Positions 53,301-64,000 of a stretch of DNA of 64,000 nt are shown piece after piece. The notes beneath the pieces were generated by a model. It was not told where the DNA came from and searched no databases. It was given only the letters and a program-made list of their open reading frames with translations. The position numbers and the translations under genes are program-made. Position 1 is the first letter of the stretch. Each line of letters begins with the position of its first letter. This DNA comes from Auanema rhodensis (Eukaryota; Animalia; Nematoda), in assembly GCA_964057225.1 (NCBI GenBank), contig OZ059898.1, positions 1,860,001 to 1,924,000 on the forward strand. Reading direction: 5' to 3'.

Positions 53301-56300
53301 GGTATAAGTTCACACTTATATCCTCGATTTTCACCCTGAAGAATTAATTTTTTCGTTGAATAACATTGTCCATCGTCTTTGCCTTGAAAAAAGGAATCTA
53401 AAAACATCTACTTTTTGCTAAATTATCTTGAAATTTTTCGAAAAAATTTTTGTCAAAATGTTTTTGGAAGCAATGTTGAGTGTACATGGAAACTCAACAT
53501 ACACTAATGCATCATTTTTCAAACGATCATAACTAATTTTTGTATTAAGCGTTTCTCAATGTAGTATAGTGCATTCGATGCGGATTTTTAAGCTGCGTCG
53601 ATCTGTGTTATCAGATTTGCGCTAGCTTAAAAATGCACCGAGATATTAACTGATATAAGTTCACACTTATATCCTCGATTTTCACCCTGAAGAATTAATT
53701 TTTTCGTTGAATAACATTGTCCATCGTCTTTGCCTTGAAAAAAGGAATCTAAAAACATCTACTTTTTGCTAAATTATTTTGAAATTTTTCGAAAAAATTT
53801 TTGTCAAAATGTTTTTGGAAGCAATGTTGAGTGTACATGGAAACTCAACATACACTAATGCATCATTTTTCAAACGATCATAACTAATTTTTGTATTAAG
53901 CGTTTTTCAATGTAGTATAGTGCATTCGATGCGGATTTTTAAGCTGCGTCGATCTGTGTTATCAGATTTGCGCTAGCTTAAAAATGCACCGAGATATCAA
54001 CTGGTATAAGTTCACACTTATATCCTCGATTTTCACCCTGAAGAATTAATTTTTTCGTTGAATAACATTGTCCATCGTCTTTGCCTTGAAAAAAGGAATC
54101 TAAAAACATCTACTTTTTGCTAAATTATCTTGAAATTTTTCGAAAAAATTTTTGTCAAAATGTTTTTGGAAGCAATGTTGAGTGTACATGGAAACTCAAC
54201 ATACACTAATGCATCATTTTTCAAACGATCATAACTAATTTTTGTATTAAGCGTTTCTCAATGTAGTATAGTGCATTCGATGCGGATTTTTAAGCTGCGT
54301 CGATCTGTGTTATCAGATTTGCGCTAGCTTAAAAATGCACCGAGATATTAACTGATATAAGTTCACACTTATATCCTCGATTTTCACCCTGAAGAATTAA
54401 TTTTTTCGTTGAATAACATTGTCCATCGTCTTTGCCTTGAAAAAAGGAATCTAAAAACATCTACTTTTTGCTAAATTATTTTGAAATTTTTCGAAAAAAT
54501 TTTTGTCAAAATGTTTTTGGAAGCAATGTTGAGTGTACATGGAAACTCAACATACACTAATGCATCATTTTTCAAACGATCATAACTAATTTTTGTATTA
54601 AGCGTTTTTCAATGTAGTATAGTGCATTCGATGCGGATTTTTAAGCTGCGTCGATCTGTGTTATCAGATTTGCGCTAGCTTAAAAATGCACCGAGATATC
54701 AACTGGTATAAGTTCACAATTATATCCTCGATTTTCACCCTGAAGAATTAATTTTTTCGTTGAATAACATTGTCCATCGTCTTTGCCTTGAAAAAAGAAA
54801 TCTAAAAACATCTACTTTTTGCTAAATTATTTTGAAATTTTTCGAAAAAATTTTTGTCAAAATGTTTTTGGAAGCAATGTTGAGTGTACATGGAAACTCA
54901 ACATACACTAATGCATCATTTTTCAAACGATCATAACTAATTTTTGTATTAAGCGTTTTTCAATGTAGTATAGTGCATTCGATGCGGATTTTTAAGCTGC
55001 GTCGATCTGTGTTATCAGATTTGCGCTAGCTTAAAAATGCACCGAGATATCAACTGGTATAAGTTCACACTTATATCCTCGATTTTCACCCTGAAGAATT
55101 AATTTTTTCGTTGAATAACATTGTCCATCGTCTTTGCCTTGAAAAAAGGAATCTAAAAACATCTACTTTTTGCTAAATTATTTTGAAATTTTTCGAAAAA
55201 ATTTTTGTCAAAATGTTTTTGGAAGCAATGTTGAGTGTACATGGAAACTCAACATACACTAATGCATCATTTTTCAAACGATCATAACTAATTTTTGTAT
55301 TAAGCGTTTCTCAATGTAGTATAGTGCATTCGATGCGGATTTTTAAGCTGCGTCGATCTGTGTTATCAGATTTGCGCTAGCTTAAAAATGCACCGAGATA
55401 TTAACTGATATAAGTTCACACTTATATCCTCGATTTTCACCCTGAAGAATTAATTTTTTCGTTGAATAACAGTGTCCATCGTCTTTGCCTTGAAAAAAGG
55501 AATCTAAAAACATCTACTTTTTGCTAAATTATTTTGAAATTTTTCGAAAAAATTTTTGTCAAAATGTTTTTGGAAGCAATGTTGAGTGTACATGGAAACT
55601 CAACATACACTAATGCATCATTTTTCAAACGATCATAACTAATTTTTGTATTAAGCGTTTCTCAATGTAGTATAGTGCATTCGATGCGGATTTTTAAGCT
55701 GCGTCGATCTGTGTTATCAGATTTGCGCTAGCTTAAAAATGCACCGAGATATTAACTGATATAAGTTCACACTTATATCCTCGATTTTCACCCTGAAGAA
55801 TTAATTTTTTCGTTGAATAACAGTGTCCATCGTCTTTGCCTTGAAAAAAGGAATCTAAAAACATCTACTTTTTGCTAAATTATTTTGAAATTTTTCGAAA
55901 AAATTTTTGTCAAAATGTTTTTGGAAGCAATGTTGAGTGTACATGGAAACTCAACATACACTAATGCATCATTTTTCAAACGATCATAACTAATTTTTGT
56001 ATTAAGCGTTTTCCAATGTAGTATAGTGCATTCGATGCGGATTTTTAAGCTGCGTCGATCTGTGTTATCAGATTTGCGCTAGCTTAAAAATGCACCGAGA
56101 TATCAACTGGTATAAGTTCACACTTATATCCTCGATTTTCACCCTGAAGAATTAATTTTTTCGTTGAATAACATTGTCCATCGTCTTTGCCTTGAAAAAA
56201 GGAATCTAAAAACATCTACTTTTTGCTAAATTATCTTGAAATTTTTCGAAAAAATTTTTGTCAAAATGTTTTTGGAAGCAATGTTGAGTGTACATGGAAA

Positions 56301-59300
56301 CTCAACATACACTAATGCATCATTTTTCAAACGATCATAACTAATTTTTGTATTAAGCGTTTCTCAATGTAGTATAGTGCATTCGATGCGGATTTTTAAG
56401 CTGCGTCGATCTGTGTTATCAGATTTGCGCTAGCTTAAAAATGCACCGAGATATTAACTGATATAAGTTCACACTTATATCCTCGATTTTCACCCTGAAG
56501 AATTAATTTTTTCGTTGAATAACAGTGTCCATCGTCTTTGCCTTGAAAAAAGGAATCTAAAAACATCTACTTTTTGCTAAATTATTTTGAAATTTTTCGA
56601 AAAAATTTTTGTCAAAATGTTTTTGGAAGCAATGTTGAGTGTACATGGAAACTCAACATACACTAATGCATCATTTTTCAAACGATCATAACTAATTTTT
56701 GTATTAAGCGTTTTCCAATGTAGTATAGTGCATTCGATGCGGATTTTTAAGCTGCGTCGATCTGTGTTATCAGATTTGCGCTAGCTTAAAAATGCACCGA
56801 GATATCAACTGGTATAAGTTCACACTTATATCCTCGATTTTCACCCTGAAGAATTAATTTTTTCGTTGAATAACATTGTCCATCGTCTTTGCCTTGAAAA
56901 AAGGAATCTAAAAACATCTACTTTTTGCTAAATTATCTTGAAATTTTTCGAAAAAATTTTTGTCAAAATGTTTTTGGAAGCAATGTTGAGTGTACATGGA
57001 AACTCAACATACACTAATGCATCATTTTTCAAACGATCATAACTAATTTTTGTATTAAGCGTTTCTCAATGTAGTATAGTGCATTCGATGCGGATTTTTA
57101 AGCTGCGTCGATCTGTGTTATCAGATTTGCGCTAGCTTAAAAATGCACCGAGATATTAACTGATATAAGTTCACACTTATATCCTCGATTTTCACCCTGA
57201 AGAATTAATTTTTTCGTTGAATAACATTGTCCATCGTCTTTGCCTTGAAAAAAGGAATCTAAAAACATCTACTTTTTGCTAAATTATTTTGAAATTTTTC
57301 GAAAAAATTTTTGTCAAAATGTTTTTGGAAGCAATGTTGAGTGTACATGGAAACTCAACATACACTAATGCATCATTTTTCAAACGATCATAACTAATTT
57401 TTGTATTAAGCGTTTTTCAATGTAGTATAGTGCATTCGATGCGGATTTTTAAGCTGCGTCGATCTGTGTTATCAGATTTGCGCTAGCTTAAAAATGCACC
57501 GAGATATCAACTGGTATAAGTTCACACTTATATCCTCGATTTTCACCCTGAAGAATTAATTTTTTCGTTGAATAACATTGTCCATCGTCTTTGCCTTGAA
57601 AAAAGGAATCTAAAAACATCTACTTTTTGCTAAATTATCTTGAAATTTTTCGAAAAAATTTTTGTCAAAATGTTTTTGGAAGCAATGTTGAGTGTACATG
57701 GAAACTCAACATACACTAATGCATCATTTTTCAAACGATCATAACTAATTTTTGTATTAAGCGTTTCTCAATGTAGTATAGTGCATTCGATGCGGATTTT
57801 TAAGCTGCGTCGATCTGTGTTATCAGATTTGCGCTAGCTTAAAAATGCACCGAGATATTAACTGATATAAGTTCACACTTATATCCTCGATTTTCACCCT
57901 GAAGAATTAATTTTTTCGTTGAATAACATTGTCCATCGTCTTTGCCTTGAAAAAAGGAATCTAAAAACATCTACTTTTTGCTAAATTATTTTGAAATTTT
58001 TCGAAAAAATTTTTGTCAAAATGTTTTTGGAAGCAATGTTGAGTGTACATGGAAACTCAACATACACTAATGCATCATTTTTCAAACGATCATAACTAAT
58101 TTTTGTATTAAGCGTTTTTCAATGTAGTATAGTGCATTCGATGCGGATTTTTAAGCTGCGTCGATCTGTGTTATCAGATTTGCGCTAGCTTAAAAATGCA
58201 CCGAGATATCAACTGGTATAAGTTCACAATTATATCCTCGATTTTCACCCTGAAGAATTAATTTTTTCGTTGAATAACATTGTCCATCGTCTTTGCCTTG
58301 AAAAAAGAAATCTAAAAACATCTACTTTTTGCTAAATTATTTTGAAATTTTTCGAAAAAATTTTTGTCAAAATGTTTTTGGAAGCAATGTTGAGTGTACA
58401 TGGAAACTCAACATACACTAATGCATCATTTTTCAAACGATCATAACTAATTTTTGTATTAAGCGTTTTTCAATGTAGTATAGTGCATTCGATGCGGATT
58501 TTTAAGCTGCGTCGATCTGTGTTATCAGATTTGCGCTAGCTTAAAAATGCACCGAGATATCAACTGGTATAAGTTCACACTTATATCCTCGATTTTCACC
58601 CTGAAGAATTAATTTTTTCGTTGAATAACATTGTCCATCGTCTTTGCCTTGAAAAAAGGAATCTAAAAACATCTACTTTTTGCTAAATTATTTTGAAATT
58701 TTTCGAAAAAATTTTTGTCAAAATGTTTTTGGAAGCAATGTTGAGTGTACATGGAAACTCAACATACACTAATGCATCATTTTTCAAACGATCATAACTA
58801 ATTTTTGTATTAAGCGTTTCTCAATGTAGTATAGTGCATTCGATGCGGATTTTTAAGCTGCGTCGATCTGTGTTATCAGATTTGCGCTAGCTTAAAAATG
58901 CACCGAGATATTAACTGATATAAGTTCACACTTATATCCTCGATTTTCACCCTGAAGAATTAATTTTTTCGTTGAATAACAGTGTCCATCGTCTTTGCCT
59001 TGAAAAAAGGAATCTAAAAACATCTACTTTTTGCTAAATTATTTTGAAATTTTTCGAAAAAATTTTTGTCAAAATGTTTTTGGAAGCAATGTTGAGTGTA
59101 CATGGAAACTCAACATACACTAATGCATCATTTTTCAAACGATCATAACTAATTTTTGTATTAAGCGTTTCTCAATGTAGTATAGTGCATTCGATGCGGA
59201 TTTTTAAGCTGCGTCGATCTGTGTTATCAGATTTGCGCTAGCTTAAAAATGCACCGAGATATTAACTGATATAAGTTCACACTTATATCCTCGATTTTCA

Positions 59301-61075
59301 CCCTGAAGAATTAATTTTTTCGTTGAATAACAGTGTCCATCGTCTTTGCCTTGAAAAAAGGAATCTAAAAACATCTACTTTTTGCTAAATTATTTTGAAA
59401 TTTTTCGAAAAAATTTTTGTCAAAATGTTTTTGGAAGCAATGTTGAGTGTACATGGAAACTCAACATACATAATGCATCATTTTTCAAACGATCATAACT
59501 AATTTTTGTATTAAGCGTTTTCCAATGTAGTATAGTGCATTCGATGCGGATTTTTAAGCTGCGTCGATCTGTGTTATCAGATTTGCGCTAGCTTAAAAAT
59601 GCACCGAGATATCAACTGGTATAAGTTCACACTTATATCCTCGATTTTCACCCTGAAGAATTAATTTTTTCGTTGAATAACATTGTCCATCGTCTTTGCC
59701 TTGAAAAAAGGAATCTAAAAACATCTACTTTTTGCTAAATTATCTTGAAATTTTTCGAAAAAATTTTTGTCAAAATGTTTTTGGAAGCAATGTTGAGTGT
59801 ACATGGAAACTCAACATACACTAATGCATCATTTTTCAAACGATCATAACTAATTTTTGTATTAAGCGTTTCTCAATGTAGTATAGTGCATTCGATGCGG
59901 ATTTTTAAGCTGCGTCGATCTGTGTTATCAGATTTGCGCTAGCTTAAAAATGCACCGAGATATTAACTGATATAAGTTCACACTTATATCCTCGATTTTC
60001 ACCCTGAAGAATTAATTTTTTCGTTGAATAACATTGTCCATCGTCTTTGCCTTGAAAAAAGGAATCTAAAAACATCTACTTTTTGCTAAATTATTTTGAA
60101 ATTTTTCGAAAAAATTTTTGTCAAAATGTTTTTGGAAGCAATGTTGAGTGTACATGGAAACTCAACATACACTAATGCATCATTTTTCAAACGATCATAA
60201 CTAATTTTTGTATTAAGCGTTTTTCAATGTAGTATAGTGCATTCGATGCGGATTTTTAAGCTGCGTCGATCTGTGTTATCAGATTTGCGCTAGCTTAAAA
60301 ATGCACCGAGATATCAACTGGTATAAGTTCACACTTATATCCTCGATTTTCACCCTGAAGAATTAATTTTTTCGTTGAATAACATTGTCCATCGTCTTTG
60401 CCTTGAAAAAAGGAATCTAAAAACATCTACTTTTTGCTAAATTATCTTGAAATTTTTCGAAAAAATTTTTGTCAAAATGTTTTTGGAAGCAATGTTGAGT
60501 GTACATGGAAACTCAACATACACTAATGCATCATTTTTCAAACGATCATAACTAATTTTTGTATTAAGCGTTTCTCAATGTAGTATAGTGCATTCGATGC
60601 GGATTTTTAAGCTGCGTCGATCTGTGTTATCAGATTTGCGCTAGCTTAAAAATGCACCGAGATATTAACTGATATAAGTTCACACTTATATCCTCGATTT
60701 TCACCCTGAAGAATTAATTTTTTCGTTGAATAACATTGTCCATCGTCTTTGCCTTGAAAAAAGGAATCTAAAAACATCTACTTTTTGCTAAATTATTTTG
60801 AAATTTTTCGAAAAAATTTTTGTCAAAATGTTTTTGGAAGCAATGTTGAGTGTACATGGAAACTCAACATACACTAATGCATCATTTTTCAAACGATCAT
60901 AACTAATTTTTGTATTAAGCGTTTTTCAATGTAGTATAGTGCATTCGATGCGGATTTTTAAGCTGCGTCGATCTGTGTTATCAGATTTGCGCTAGCTTAA
61001 AAATGCACCGAGATATCAACTGGTATAAGTTCACACTTATATCCTCGATTTTCACCCTGAAGAATTAATTTTTTC
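47387..61075. repeat. Satellite variant domain 4 (M136-M174) with alternating dimeric organisation
   Basis: Recurrent C201T+A299G (tttttc/ctggtat), C293T (attaact), T12G (acagtg), C312A (cacaatt) and T73C (tatcttg). Confidence 0.82.
53004..60022. repeat. Tandem duplication of a 10-monomer (3,510-bp) unit: M152-161 and M162-171
   Basis: Variant profiles match monomer by monomer at offset 3,510. The only difference seen is a 1-bp deletion at 59470/59471. Confidence 0.85.
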
Positions 61076-64000
61076 GTTGAATAACATTGTCCATCGTCTT
61101 TGCCTTGAAAAAAGGAATCTAAAAACATCTACTTTTTGCTAAATTATTTTGAAATTTTTCGAAAAAATTTTTGTCAAAATGTTTTTGGAAGCAATGTTGA
61201 GTGTACATGGAAACTCAACATACACTAATGCATCATTTTTCAAACGATCATAACTAATTTTTGTATTAAGTGTTTCTCAATGTAGTATAGTGCATTCGAT
61301 GCGGATTTTTAAGCTGCGTCGATCTGTGTTATCAGATTTGCGCTAGCTTAAAAATGCACTGAGATATCAACTGATATAAGTTCACACTTATATCCTCGAT
61401 TTTCACCCTGAAGAATTAATTTTTTCGTTGAATAACATTGTCCATCGTCTTTGCCTTGAAAAAAGGAATCTAAAAACATCTACTTTTTGCTAAATTATCT
61501 CGAAATTTTTCGAAAAAATTTTTGTCAAAATGTTTTTGGAAGCAATGTTGAGTGTACATGGAAACTCAACATACACTAATGCATCATTTTTCAAACGATC
61601 ATAACTAATTTTTGTATTAAGCGTTTCTCAATGTAGTATAGTGCATTCGATGCGGATTTTTAAGCTGCGTCGATCTGTGTTATCAGATTTGCGCTAGCTT
61701 AAAAATGCACCGAGATATCAACTGATATAAGTTCACACTTATATCCTCGATTTTCACCCTGAAGAATTAATTTTTTCGTTGAATAACATTGTCCATCGTC
61801 TTTGCCTTGAAAAAAGGAATCTAAAAACATCTACTTTTTGCTAAATTATTTTGAAATTTTTCGAAAAAATTTTTGTCAAAATGTTTTTGGAAGCAATGTT
61901 GAGTGTACATGGAAACTCAACATACACTAATGCATCATTTTTCAAACGATCATAACTAATTTTTGTATTAAGCGTTTCTCAATGTAGTATAGTGCATTCG
62001 ATGCGGATTTTTAAGCTGCGTCGATCTGTGTTATCAGATTTGCGCTAGCTTAAAAATGCACCGAGATATTAACTGATATAAGTTCACACTTATATCCTCG
62101 ATTTTCACCCTGAAGAATTAATTTTTTCGTTGAATAACATTGTCCATCGTCTTTGCCTTGAAAAAAGGAATCTAAAAACATCTACTTTTTGCTAAATTAT
62201 TTCGAAATTTTTCGAAAAAATTTTTGTCAAAATGTTTTTGGAAGCAATGTTGAGTGTACATGGAAACTCAACATACACTAATGCATCATTTTTCAAACGA
62301 TCATAACTAATTTTTGTATTAAGCGTTTCTCAATGTAGTATAGTGCATTCGATGCGGATTTTTATGCTGCGTCGATCTGTGTTATCAGATTTGCGCTAGC
62401 TTAAAAATGCACCGAGATATCAACTGATATAAGTTCACACTTATATCCTCGATTTTCACCCTGAAGAATTAATTTTTTCGTTGAATAACATTGTCCATCG
62501 TCTTTGCCTTGAAAAAAGAAATCTAAAAACATCTACTTTTCGATAAATTATTTTGAAATTTTTCGAAAAAATTTTTGTCAAAATGTTTTTGGAAGCAATG
62601 TTGAGTGTACATGGAAACTCAACATACACTAATGCATCATTTTTCAAACGATCATAACTAATTTTTGTATTAAGCGTTTCTCAATGTAGTATAGTGCATT
62701 CGATGCGGATTTTTAAGCTGCGTCGATCTGTGTTATCAGATTTGCGCTAGCTTAAAAATGCACCGAGATATCAACTGATATAAGTTCACACTTATATCCT
62801 CGATTTTCACCCTGAAGAATTAATTTTTTCGTTGAATAACATTGTCCATCGTCTTTGCCTTGAAAAAAGGAATCTAAAAACATCTACTTTTTGCTAAATT
62901 ATTTTGAAATTTTTCGAAAAAATTTTTGTCAAAATGTTTTTGGAAGCAATGTTGAGTGTACATGGAAACTCAACATACACTAATGCATCATTTTTCAAAC
63001 GATCATAACTAATTTTTGTATTAAGCGTTTCTCAATGTAGTATAGTGCATTCGATGCGGATTTTTAAGCTGCGTCGATCTGTGTTATCAGATTTGCGCTA
63101 GCTTAAAAATGCACCGAGATATCAACTGATATAAGTTCACACTTATATCCTCGATTTTCACCCTGAAGAATTAATTTTTTCGTTGAATAACATTGTCCAT
63201 CGTCTTTGCCTTGAAAAAAGGAATCTAAAAACATCTACTTTTTGCTAAATTATCTTGAAATTTTTCGAAAAAATTTTTGTCAAAATGTTTTTGGAAGCAA
63301 TGTTGAGTGTACATGGAAACTCAACATACACTAATGCATCATTTTTCAAACGATCATAACTAATTTTTGTATTAAGTGTTTCTCAATGTAGTATAGTGCA
63401 TTCGATGCGGATTTTTAAGCTGCGTCGATCTGTGTTATCAGATTTGCGCTAGCTTAAAAATGCACTGAGATATCAACTGATATAAGTTCACACTTATATC
63501 CTCGATTTTCACCCTGAAGAATTAATTTTTTCGTTGAATAACATTGTCCATCGTCTTTGCCTTGAAAAAAGGAATCTAAAAACATCTACTTTTTGCTAAA
63601 TTATCTCGAAATTTTTCGAAAAAATTTTTGTCAAAATGTTTTTGGAAGCAATGTTGAGTGTACATGGAAACTCAACATACACTAATGCATCATTTTTCAA
63701 ACGATCATAACTAATTTTTGTATTAAGCGTTTCTCAATGTAGTATAGTGCATTCGATGCGGATTTTTAAGCTGCGTCGATCTGTGTTATCAGATTTGCGC
63801 TAGCTTAAAAATGCACCGAGATATCAACTGATATAAGTTCACACTTATATCCTCGATTTTCACCCTGAAGAATTAATTTTTTCGTTGAATAACATTGTCC
63901 ATCGTCTTTGCCTTGAAAAAAGGAATCTAAAAACATCTACTTTTTGCTAAATTATTTTGAAATTTTTCGAAAAAATTTTTGTCAAAATGTTTTTGGAAGC
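61076..64000. repeat. Start of satellite variant domain 5 (M175-M183)
   Basis: New variants C196T+C285T (aagtgtt/gcactg) in M175 and M181, and tatctcg in M176 and M182. A299G is lost. Confidence 0.6.

Larger units (their letters stand above)
1..64000. repeat. Tandem satellite DNA array, 351-bp monomer, ~182.3 copies, single orientation, extends beyond both window edges
   Basis: The monomer start GTTGAATAACATTGTCCATC (or a 1-nt variant of it) recurs at 1, 352, 703 ... 3511, 7021, 14041, 21061, 28081, 35101 and 38611, an exact 351-bp period. The last monomer starts at 63884, a net +1 shift from three 1-bp indels. No non-monomer sequence was seen anywhere. Confidence 0.99.

Noticed and set aside
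47387-61075. C293T and A299G as structure-preserving (wobble) changes implying RNA-level selection
   Set aside because: Any C>T or A>G transition in a stem yields a G-T pair on that strand. No true compensatory double changes were seen, and C312A and A304T break the same stem.
62456-62647. 63-aa minus-strand ORF from the ORF track
   Set aside because: It is plain satellite sequence with a TTG start. It is open only because the M179 variant gcta>gata changes the minus-strand TAG found in the other monomers to TAT. It has no recognisable protein features.
1-64000. CRISPR array or other repeat-spacer system (short palindromic repeats at regular spacing)
   Set aside because: The sequence between the palindromes is the same in each unit. 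There are no unique spacers, leader or cas genes.
1-64000. Monomer variant pattern as an information-bearing code, or hidden insertions/inversions
   Set aside because: The patterns are explained by nested duplication and conversion. No inversion, TE insertion or foreign segment was seen, and the 351-bp phase leaves no room for an insertion.

Overview
The whole 64-kb window is one uninterrupted head-to-tail tandem satellite DNA array with a 351-bp monomer: 182 complete copies plus a 117-bp partial copy, all in the same orientation, about 31% GC by hand count of the consensus, and typically 0-5 substitutions per copy. I see no genes, RNA genes, CRISPR spacers, transposon insertions or unique sequence. 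The single ORF call is an artefact of a lost stop codon in one monomer. The window looks like eukaryotic (peri)centromeric or heterochromatic satellite DNA, and the lack of CpG depletion would fit an invertebrate (inference; I cannot name the family or species). Structure exists at two scales. (1) Within the monomer there is a dense set of dyad symmetries, including a ~126-bp concentric degenerate palindrome and two mutually exclusive hairpins. (2) Across the array, diagnostic SNPs define about five variant domains, a chimeric junction monomer, nascent higher-order repeats (2-, 6-, 7- and 10-mers) and a ~6-kb block duplicated 10,180 bp away. I found no evidence for a novel coding system. All variant tallies were made by eye. 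Monomer n is written Mn, and monomer positions are numbered from GTTGAATAAC = 1.
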